DNA of 64,000 nt from positions 53,367 through 117,366 of the forward strand of contig JAPLZY010000008.1 in assembly GCA_026394775.1 (NCBI GenBank). Reading direction: 5' to 3'. The notes under the pieces are model-generated. The model was not told the DNA's origin, did no database searches, and saw nothing but the letters and a program-made list of their open reading frames with translations. How positions within the stretch are numbered: position 1 is the stretch's first letter; each line of letters begins with the position of its first letter. This stretch comes from Candidatus Zambryskiibacteriota bacterium (GTDB lineage: Bacteria; Patescibacteriota; Minisyncoccia; Phycocordibacterales; DATDWN01). Shown here piece after piece: positions 56,568-64,000 of the stretch. The position numbers and the translations under genes were made by a program.

Positions 56568-58727
56568 ATGAACATCAAAAATATTTTAAAGTGGGGAGTG
56601 ATTGGAGGACTTTTTGCGGTCCCGTTTGTGCCGTTTATTGTTTCTTCAAGCATGCTCTTTCCGTTTATCACCGGCAAAGGCTTTGCGTTTCGAATTATTG
56701 TTGAAATAGTGGCGGTGTTGTATGTGCTTCTCGCACTTATCGATGTCGAGTATCGACCAAAGTTTTCTCTTATTACAAAAGCAGTGCTTGTCTTTACGGG
56801 AGTAGTCTTGTTGGCAGATCTACTCGGAGAAAATCCGTTTAAGAGTCTGTGGTCAAACTACGAGCGAATGGAAGGTTTTGTGCTTATCGCACATCTCGCT
56901 GTCTACTATATAGTGGCGAGTAGTGTCTTTCATACAAAAGAGTGGTGGGACAAATTTTGGAACACATCTCTCGTTGCTTCAGGACTCATGTCTCTCTATG
57001 GCTTTTACCAACTCTCAGGTCAAGCTGTTATAAACCAAGGAGGAGTACGTGTTGATGCTACATTTGGTAATGCATCATATTTGGCTATCTACATGGTTTT
57101 CCATATGTTTCTGTCTGCAAACTTTTTCCTCACAGCAAAAGAAAAAATGTGGCGATGGATCTACGGAGCTCTTTTTCTGGGTCAAGGTGTCATACTTTAT
57201 TTTACCGCAACTCGAGGTGCAATACTTGGACTCATTGGCGGAGCGCTCATTACTGTAGGTATTATTGCATGGAAAGAGCGAGCAAACGCTCAGGTAAGGA
57301 AAATCGCTATAGGCTTTGGGGCATGTATTGTACTCTTAGTCCTCATATTTGCAGGAATAAGAAATACAGAGTTTGTGCAAAAGAGCCCTGTGCTTTCTCG
57401 TTTCTCTACACTCTCATTTGCCGAAATCAAAACACAAGGACGATATTATGTGTGGCCGATGGCTATTGAAGGTTTCAAAGAGCGACCAATACTCGGTTGG
57501 GGACAGGAAAACTTCAACTATGTATTTAATAAAAATTACAACCCACTCATGTATGGACAAGAGCAGTGGTTTGACCGCACACACAACGTAGTGCTCGACT
57601 GGCTTATCGCAGGAGGTATCCTTGGACTTCTCTCATATCTTTCTTTGTATGGAGCACTATTGTATTTCATGTGGAAAAAGTCAGACTTTAGTCTTGAAGA
57701 AAAAGCAATCTTTACAGGATTTCTCGCAGCGTACTTCTTTCATAACTTCTTCGTATTCGACAATCTCGTAAGTTATATTATTTTCTTCTCACTTCTTGCC
57801 TATGTTCACGGGAGAAGTGTTCACCAGGGTCTCTGGGCGCGTCTTACGACACGCACATTAGGTAAAGATACCTTTACCTATGTAGCAATACCTGTAGCAG
57901 CTCTCGCACTTGTTGCATTGGTTTACTTTGTAAATGTGCCAGCGATCAGCGCATCTACTAATCTCATTTACGCTATCAGTCCTCAGAAAGAAGGTCCTGC
58001 AAAAAACCTGGAGTACTTCAAGAAAACATTTGCGTACAATTCATTTGGTCAAAGTGAAGCACTCGAACAGCTCGTGCCTGCCACTTCACAGCTACTTCAA
58101 GGTGAAGTGTCAGATGCGTTGAAACAGGATTTCCTTACCTTTACAGAAGTGCAGGTGGAAGCAAAAGTAAAACAAGCACCAGAAGATGCGCGTTACCTTC
58201 TTTTCGCAGGTTCGTTCTACAATCGAACAGGACAGTACGACAAAGCAATCGCTCATCTAGAAAATGCGGTCAAGTATTCTCCAAAGAAACCAACAATGTA
58301 CTTTGAACTCGGCTCAAGTTACTTGGGTAAAAAAGATTATGCAAAAACATTTGAGTATTTTGAAAAAGGTTACTTACTTGAACCACGTTTCCAAGATGCA
58401 GATATTATCTACACGATCGGTGCACTCTACGCTGGTAAGAAAGATGTCGCACAGAAAATGCTTGCAGAGCTCGGTTTGCGTGCGATCAGTGATGACCGAA
58501 TCTTGCGAACATTTGCAGACTTGAAAGACTATCAAACAGTAATCGCAATACTCAGTGCGCGTATACAAGCAGATCCAAAGAATCCACAAAACTTACTCAC
58601 GCTTGCAGGTGTATATGCAGAGATTGGTCAGAAACAACAAGCCATTGCGATCATTCAAAATTTGATCAAGGAGTATCCTGAATTTAAGTTACAAGGGGAT
58701 TCCTATATTAAAGAGTTGAGTAAATAA
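56568..58727 (+). CDS. O-antigen ligase/polymerase-like (Wzy_C) membrane protein with C-terminal TPR repeats
   Basis: N-terminal 10-12 TM helices with a large loop (RYYVWPMAIEGFKERPILGWGQENF). The C-terminal ~250 aa form TPR repeats. Confidence 0.65.
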   Translation: MNIKNILKWGVIGGLFAVPFVPFIVSSSMLFPFITGKGFAFRIIVEIVAVLYVLLALIDVEYRPKFSLITKAVLVFTGVVLLADLLGENPFKSLWSNYERMEGFVLIAHLAVYYIVASSVFHTKEWWDKFWNTSLVASGLMSLYGFYQLSGQAVINQGGVRVDATFGNASYLAIYMVFHMFLSANFFLTAKEKMWRWIYGALFLGQGVILYFTATRGAILGLIGGALITVGIIAWKERANAQVRKIAIGFGACIVLLVLIFAGIRNTEFVQKSPVLSRFSTLSFAEIKTQGRYYVWPMAIEGFKERPILGWGQENFNYVFNKNYNPLMYGQEQWFDRTHNVVLDWLIAGGILGLLSYLSLYGALLYFMWKKSDFSLEEKAIFTGFLAAYFFHNFFVFDNLVSYIIFFSLLAYVHGRSVHQGLWARLTTRTLGKDTFTYVAIPVAALALVALVYFVNVPAISASTNLIYAISPQKEGPAKNLEYFKKTFAYNSFGQSEALEQLVPATSQLLQGEVSDALKQDFLTFTEVQVEAKVKQAPEDARYLLFAGSFYNRTGQYDKAIAHLENAVKYSPKKPTMYFELGSSYLGKKDYAKTFEYFEKGYLLEPRFQDADIIYTIGALYAGKKDVAQKMLAELGLRAISDDRILRTFADLKDYQTVIAILSARIQADPKNPQNLLTLAGVYAEIGQKQQAIAIIQNLIKEYPEFKLQGDSYIKELSK

Positions 58728-58769
58728 AACTTTCATATCTGAAAGTCTAAGAAAAAAATAATTTTAAAA

Positions 58770-58800
58770 AATAATTCTGAGAAATCAGAATTATTTTTTA
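58770..58800 (+). terminator. rho-independent terminator
   Basis: aataattctga-gaaa-tcagaattatt followed by TTTTT. Confidence 0.65.
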
Positions 58801-58974
58801 TGTAAAATAAAAAAAAGTTATCCACAACATTTATTAAAAAAATATTGTAATGGAATCAAACTCGTATGATAATTAACGCAGGTCGGAATAATAAATGTGA
58901 AAATATTTATTACGAACTTTTAAAAATTAATTTATTTTGTGTCGACCGGCAACGGAAGATGCTAAAAAAATAAC

Positions 58975-59061
58975 ATGGCAGCAAAAAAGAAAGTTGTAAA
59001 GAAAGTTGCAAAAAAAGCAGCTCCAAAGAAGAAGAAAGTAGCAGCAAAAAAGAAAAAGTAA
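58975..59061 (+). CDS. 28-aa Lys/Ala-rich basic micro-protein
   Basis: MAAKKKVVKKVAKKAAPKKKKVAAKKKK, followed 12 nt later by a terminator (59074-59101). Confidence 0.3.
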   Translation: MAAKKKVVKKVAKKAAPKKKKVAAKKKK

Positions 59062-59073
59062 TTTCTCAAAAAA

Positions 59074-59101
59074 CCGTCCGATTTTAATCGGGCGGTTTTT
59101 T
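59074..59101 (+). terminator. rho-independent terminator
   Basis: ccgtccg-attttaat-cgggcgg followed by TTTTTT. Confidence 0.65.
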
Positions 59102-59238
59102 GTTTTACTTTTTTTAAAGCAAATTATGTGTCGAGTGCGTCTATAAGTCGAGATAGGGCAAGGGGGTCAAAGAGAGAGTGCATGGGGCTCTTTTTTGTGC
59201 TAGAATAAACCAACAAAGACAGTATAAACCCGACATAT

Positions 59239-61746
59239 ATGAGTATTTTCAGTAAAATATTTGGCAGTCAAAACGATAAAGAAATCCAGAAACTCCAACC
59301 ACTCGTGGAGCGTATAAACTCGTACGAAGAAGACTATATAAAGCTTTCATCTGAAGAACTAAAAGCAAAGACAGCTTTATTTAAAGAACGTATCACAAAA
59401 GGTGAGACCATCGACTCGCTTGTACCAGAAGCCTTTGCGCTGGTAAGAGAAATGTCTAAACGCACACTTGGTCAAAGACATTTCGATGTTCAGTTCTTGG
59501 GAGGTTTGATACTCCATCAAGGAGGTATTCCTGAAATGCGAACAGGAGAAGGAAAGACGCTTGTTGCAACACTACCGGTCTACACACAAGCACTTGCAGG
59601 TCTCGGAGTGCATGTGGTTACCGTTAACGACTATCTCTCTCGTCGTGATGCAAGCTGGATGGGGCAGATATATGATGCACTTGGTCTTTCGGTGGGAGTG
59701 ATCAACCACGACGAATCTTTTCTTTATGACTCAACTCATGTTGAAAAAGATACAGAGCGCGACCAAGTCGGTTCATTTAAAGTGGTCAATGAATTCCTTC
59801 GACCATGTACGCGAAAAGAAGCGTATGCCGCAGATATTACCTACGGTACAAACAATGAATTCGGTTTTGACTTCTTGAGAGATAATATTGAATACGAAAC
59901 AGCGCGTCTCCGACAGCGCGGTCATCATTTTGCTATTGTCGACGAAGTTGACTCTATCTTGATCGACGAAGCACGAACACCACTCATCATCTCTGCACCA
60001 TCATCTGACTCAGGAGAACTCTACGCTCGATTCGCAGACATTGCATCAAAGCTTAGTCCTGAAACAGACTATACCGTGGATGAAAAATACAAGTCCATAT
60101 CACTCACAGATGCGGGTATCACGCACGCAGAAAAACTACTCGGTGTAGAAAATATTTATACAGAAAAAGGTATCAAGTACGTGCACCATTTGGAGACTGC
60201 GGTCAAAGCTCGTGCACTCTTTATCAACGACAAAGAATATGTAGTTAAAGACGATGAGATTATTATTGTCGATGAATTTACTGGCCGTCTCCAACCAGGC
60301 CGTCGATGGTCAGAAGGACTTCATCAGGCTATCGAGGCAAAAGAAAAAGTGTCTATTCAAAAAGAGTCAAAGACTTTTGCATCGATTACATTTCAAAATT
60401 ATTTTAGACTCTACACCAGACTCTCAGGTATGACCGGTACTGCCCGCACATCTTCTGAAGAGTTTTTCAAGGTGTATGGACTTCATGTTGTTTCTGTTCC
60501 TACAAACAAACCGGTAGCACGTATCGACAAAAATGACCTTATCTTTAAAACAGAAATAGGAAAGTTTAAAGCTATTGCTCGAGAAGTAAAAGAACGATGG
60601 CAAAAAGGTCAGCCGGTACTTGTTGGTACAGTTTCTATTGAGCGCAATGAGCTCTTGTCTGAATTTTTAAAAGCAGAAGGTATTCCACATGAATTATTGA
60701 ATGCTAAAAACCATGCACGAGAAGGGGAGATTATCGCTCAAGCAGGAAAAAAAGGTTCTGTAACTATCGCAACCAACCTCGCTGGACGAGGAGTGGATGT
60801 TAAACTCGGTGGAAATCCATCGACACATGAAGAGTCTGAAAAAGTAAAAGAGCTCGGAGGACTCTTTGTGCTCGGTACCGAACGTCATGATGCTCGTCGT
60901 ATAGACAACCAACTTCGAGGGCGCTCAGGGCGCCAGGGTGACCCAGGTGAGACACAGTTCTTCGTGTCTCTTGAAGATACGCTTATGCGTGTATTTGGAG
61001 GAGATCGCTTGAAGTCAATGATGACAAAACTCGGAGTGCCCGATGATGAGGCTATTGAAAACAGCTTTATCACTCGTTCAATAGAGCAAGCTCAAGAGAA
61101 AATAGAAGGATTTAATTTTGATGCACGAAAACACGTACTTGAATTTGATGATGTACTAAACTATCAACGTAAGATTTTTTACGAACGAAGAAATAAGGTT
61201 TTGACGGGAGGGGTGGATGCTGTAGGGGAATTTGTTGAGCCGCTTCTTCACAAACTTACAGAAGAAGACAGAAAGGCGATTACAGAAAAGCTCGGCTCAG
61301 ATAAAGAGGCTGTGCTTGGTGTTGTTAGACAGATTGTACTTCAGACCATGGACATGTATTGGGTAGAACATTTGGAGGTGATGGACTATATGCGAAGCAG
61401 TGTAAACTTGCGTGCATACGGACAGCGTGACCCACTCACAGAATACAAACGAGAAGGCTTGAGGCTCTTTAAAGAGATGGAAGTTTCTATTGAAAACCAG
61501 ATCCTAAAACTCATCCCCGAAATACAGCCACAAACTTTGTTTGCACAAGAAACTACACCTGAGCTCAGGGAGACCAGAGAAGGTGCAGAGGCACTGACCA
61601 CAGAAAAACAAGTAAGTGCTGATGGGGTCGCAGATATGGTGGGGAGAAATGACCCGTGTCCATGTGGAGCAGTAAACCCGGAGACAGGTGAAGTCTACAA
61701 ATACAAAAAATGCGGAATGATAAACGCACCGCATCATAAAAAATAA
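59239..61746 (+). CDS. secA: preprotein translocase ATPase SecA
   Basis: N-terminal MSIFSKIFGSQNDKEI, DEAD-like motor, MTGTA and a C-terminal Zn finger CPCGAVNPETGEVYKYKKCG. Confidence 0.9.
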   Translation: MSIFSKIFGSQNDKEIQKLQPLVERINSYEEDYIKLSSEELKAKTALFKERITKGETIDSLVPEAFALVREMSKRTLGQRHFDVQFLGGLILHQGGIPEMRTGEGKTLVATLPVYTQALAGLGVHVVTVNDYLSRRDASWMGQIYDALGLSVGVINHDESFLYDSTHVEKDTERDQVGSFKVVNEFLRPCTRKEAYAADITYGTNNEFGFDFLRDNIEYETARLRQRGHHFAIVDEVDSILIDEARTPLIISAPSSDSGELYARFADIASKLSPETDYTVDEKYKSISLTDAGITHAEKLLGVENIYTEKGIKYVHHLETAVKARALFINDKEYVVKDDEIIIVDEFTGRLQPGRRWSEGLHQAIEAKEKVSIQKESKTFASITFQNYFRLYTRLSGMTGTARTSSEEFFKVYGLHVVSVPTNKPVARIDKNDLIFKTEIGKFKAIAREVKERWQKGQPVLVGTVSIERNELLSEFLKAEGIPHELLNAKNHAREGEIIAQAGKKGSVTIATNLAGRGVDVKLGGNPSTHEESEKVKELGGLFVLGTERHDARRIDNQLRGRSGRQGDPGETQFFVSLEDTLMRVFGGDRLKSMMTKLGVPDDEAIENSFITRSIEQAQEKIEGFNFDARKHVLEFDDVLNYQRKIFYERRNKVLTGGVDAVGEFVEPLLHKLTEEDRKAITEKLGSDKEAVLGVVRQIVLQTMDMYWVEHLEVMDYMRSSVNLRAYGQRDPLTEYKREGLRLFKEMEVSIENQILKLIPEIQPQTLFAQETTPELRETREGAEALTTEKQVSADGVADMVGRNDPCPCGAVNPETGEVYKYKKCGMINAPHHKK

Positions 61747-61752
61747 TTAAAA

Positions 61753-61776
61753 AAATCCCGTGAGGGATTTTTTTAA
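61753..61776 (+). terminator. terminator after secA
   Basis: aaatcccg-tga-gggattttttt. Confidence 0.7.
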
Positions 61777-61843
61777 TAAACAGACTTTTGATTCTATCTC
61801 CTAGGCAAAGTTATTTTTTAAAGATTCTGATATAATCAACCTA

Positions 61844-62482
61844 ATGATTTCAATAGCTGTAAATTTACTTGAAAAGTTTGTAGTACCACTCGGAGGCTGG
61901 GGTGTTTTTCTTGCCGAAGTGCTCGAAGAGGTGGTAGTGCCCATACCTTCTGCAGGTATTTTGCTTGGTTCAGGGTTTTTATTCCTGAAGGGTCCACTTA
62001 CACTAGCTCTTCTACAGACTTTATTTTTTACCGTTGTGATACCTGCAGCACTCGGCCTGACTCTTGGTTCTTTGGTCATCTATGCACTTGCGTACAAAGG
62101 AGGAAAGCCTTTTTTATTACGGTATGGAAAGTGGTTTGGTGTAGGTTGGGAAGATGTAGAGGAGGTCAATACCAAGTTTCAAAGCGGTTCATATGACGAA
62201 TGGTCCATCATACTCGCACGAGTATTTCCTATCATACCAAGTGTTTTGATAGCGGTATTTTGTGGTGTCACGCGCATGCCCGTAAAAAAATATATTGTTC
62301 TTACACTGATCGGAGCATTTTTCAAAGCATTGTTTTTAGGGGTTGTGGGTTGGCAGGTGGGAGCACTCTATATGGAGTATGCAGGGGTGATAGGAAAAGT
62401 TGAAAACCTCGTACTTCTAGTCATAATTCTCGCCTTTGGAGCCTTCGTTTTCTATAGAAAAAGAAAAAAGAAAGTGCTATAA
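61844..62482 (+). CDS. DedA/TVP38-family membrane protein
   Basis: 212 aa. FPIIPSVLIAVFCGVTRMP matches the DedA pattern. Confidence 0.55.
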   Translation: MISIAVNLLEKFVVPLGGWGVFLAEVLEEVVVPIPSAGILLGSGFLFLKGPLTLALLQTLFFTVVIPAALGLTLGSLVIYALAYKGGKPFLLRYGKWFGVGWEDVEEVNTKFQSGSYDEWSIILARVFPIIPSVLIAVFCGVTRMPVKKYIVLTLIGAFFKALFLGVVGWQVGALYMEYAGVIGKVENLVLLVIILAFGAFVFYRKRKKKVL

Positions 62483-62491
62483 TAGGGGTAT

Positions 62492-62872
62492 ATGAAAAAG
62501 CAAATCCTTATCATTTTAGCGGTGTTGGTAGTAGTGCTTGGTGGTGCTTTTTTTGCAAGAAAAAACACAGCACCGAGTATATATGACACATTTGCTCAGT
62601 GTATAACAGACAGCGGAGCAAAGTTTTACGGTGCATTTTGGTGTCCACATTGTCGAGACCAAAAGGCAATGTTTGGAAGCAGTGCCAAGCTCTTGCCTTA
62701 TGTAGAGTGTTCAACTCCAGATGGACAAAGTCAGACACCGATATGTAAAGAAAAAGAGGTGAAGAGTTATCCTACATGGACTTTCACAAATGCTTCAAGT
62801 ACCACAGGTACAGTCGAGCTCGCTGACCTTGCAACAAAAACAGGGTGCGCGCTTCCCGTAGTAACAAACTAA
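62492..62872 (+). CDS. thioredoxin-fold protein (periplasmic partner of the VKOR-like protein)
   Basis: Signal/TM anchor followed by the FWCPHC redox motif. Confidence 0.6.
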   Translation: MKKQILIILAVLVVVLGGAFFARKNTAPSIYDTFAQCITDSGAKFYGAFWCPHCRDQKAMFGSSAKLLPYVECSTPDGQSQTPICKEKEVKSYPTWTFTNASSTTGTVELADLATKTGCALPVVTN

Positions 62873-62877
62873 TTTCC

Positions 62878-63411
62878 ATGGAAGCAACTCTTTTACAATC
62901 AATCGCATCTCCCACTATAGTCACTGCGACTTTGGTGTCCAATATTATTTTTGTCGCATTTTTGATTGCGTACAATGTATCAGGAGATGTAGAGAGGGGA
63001 GCTAAAAATTATCTTAAAAAAAATATAACCCTCGTGCTCTTTGTTGTCAGCGCCACAGCATTTGTCGGAAGTCTCGCTTATTCAAATATTGTAGGCTTCC
63101 CACCGTGCGAGCTTTGTTGGTGGACACGCATCCTCATGTATCCGCAGGTACTTCTTACGGCCTGTGCATTATGGAAGAAAGATTCAAATATTGTAAATAC
63201 ACTTCTTCCTCTTTCAGTACTTGGTTTTCTTTTGACCCTGTACCACTCATTCATCCTCTGGGGAGGGAAGTCCATACTGCCTTGTACCCAAGAGGGGGCA
63301 GCATGCAGTAAGCTCTATGTCATGGAATATGGATACATCACTATTCCGGTGATGGCACTCTCATGTTTTGTTTACTTACTGACCGCTACTTACATATACA
63401 AAAAATTTTAA
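62878..63411 (+). CDS. VKOR/DsbB-like membrane thiol oxidoreductase
   Basis: Four TM helices with membrane-embedded CELCWW and a loop Cys pair. ATG at 62878 is in frame with track ORF 62845. Confidence 0.6.
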   Translation: MEATLLQSIASPTIVTATLVSNIIFVAFLIAYNVSGDVERGAKNYLKKNITLVLFVVSATAFVGSLAYSNIVGFPPCELCWWTRILMYPQVLLTACALWKKDSNIVNTLLPLSVLGFLLTLYHSFILWGGKSILPCTQEGAACSKLYVMEYGYITIPVMALSCFVYLLTATYIYKKF

Positions 63412-63414
63412 ATC

Positions 63415-63440
63415 AAATCATCCGCACATGCGGATGATTT
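63415..63440 (+). terminator. hairpin terminator
   Basis: atcatccgca-ca-tgcggatgat followed by ttt. Confidence 0.6.
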
Positions 63441-63473
63441 TAATAAGATGTATTAGTCACACAGGACTTATCC

Positions 63474-63660
63474 GGCCTATAAGACCTATCTGACTTATGT
63501 ATGTCCTATCAGCTTAAGTCCTCTATCTGACCTATGCACCTCATATGACCTATCGGTCATATCTGACCTATTGTGTCATATTGGATTAAGACCTATTTGA
63601 CCAATAAGACTTTACACAGGCACAAGACCAACTCGACTTATTTGACCAATCAGTCCTATT
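63474..63660. repeat. iteron-like array of ~10 direct heptamer repeats GAC(C/T)TAT
   Basis: gacctat at 63483, 63529, 63547, 63565 and 63590. gacttat at 63492 and 63635. gtcctat at 63503 and 63653. ggcctat at 63474. Two 16-mers, gacctatttgaccaat and gacttatttgaccaat, lie 45 bp apart. Confidence 0.6.
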
Positions 63661-63676
63661 AATTTAATTTTAAAAT

Positions 63677-64000
63677 ATGGAAAAAAATAAAATAACAATC
63701 GCAGTCCACAATGGAAGTTTTCATGCTGACGATGTCTTTGCTGTCGCCACACTTCTTCTTATGATTGAGGAAAAATATAATAAAGAATTGTCAGGGGAGA
63801 AGTATGGCGTGGAGGTGGTACGTACAAGAGACCCAGAGGTTATAAAAAACGCAACGCATGTGGTGGATGTGGGCGGGGTCTATGATCCAGAGACAAACCG
63901 CTTTGACCATCATCAGGAAGGGGGAGCAGGAGTACGAGAAGACGGCATACCATATGCCTCATTTGGGTTGGTGTGGAAGCAATACGGGGAAGAGCTTTCA
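63677..64000 (+). CDS. MYG1/UPF0160-family metal-dependent hydrolase (3'-truncated by the window edge)
   Basis: ITIAVHNGSFHADDVFAVATLLL is the typical N-terminus of the family. The ORF is open to the window end. Confidence 0.5.
   Translation, partial: MEKNKITIAVHNGSFHADDVFAVATLLLMIEEKYNKELSGEKYGVEVVRTRDPEVIKNATHVVDVGGVYDPETNRFDHHQEGGAGVREDGIPYASFGLVWKQYGEELS

Overview
This is an AT-rich (~38-42% GC), compact, almost SD-less bacterial fragment with standard stop-codon usage (code 11) and the gene content typical of a Candidate Phyla Radiation (Patescibacteria-type) genome. Main content: (i) an rplJ-rplL ribosomal protein pair. (ii) A 23S-5S rRNA unit (6.85-12.73 kb) and a separately transcribed 16S rRNA (22.45-25.39 kb) that are unlinked and in the order 23S-5S ... 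10 kb ... 16S. Both are riddled with group I introns (four in 23S, two in 16S), recognisable by conserved R- and S-type core elements. Only one intron retains an intact LAGLIDADG homing endonuclease gene; two carry decayed ones (start loss and/or frameshift). (iii) Housekeeping genes: ftsW/rodA, secD, secF, secA, pyk, a vWA protein, an LCAT-like lipase, and an HUH Y1 (RAYT/IS200-like) transposase flanked by REP-like hairpins. (iv) A ~25 kb surface-glycan biosynthesis superlocus (33.3-58.7 kb) with many GT4/GT2/GT-C glycosyltransferases, SAM methyltransferases, epimerases, GtrA, an ArnE-like SMR, a HAD-UbiA fusion, PgpA, a flippase and an O-antigen-ligase/TPR protein. (v) A scrambled tRNA-Ile locus, a GC-rich single-gene cassette bounded by 18-bp inverted repeats, a 5S pseudo-duplicate carrying a REP-like hairpin, and an iteron-like heptamer array at the 3' end of the window. 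The 16S 3' end appears to lack the CCUCC anti-Shine-Dalgarno, matching the near absence of SD motifs upstream of genes. No CRISPR array was seen.
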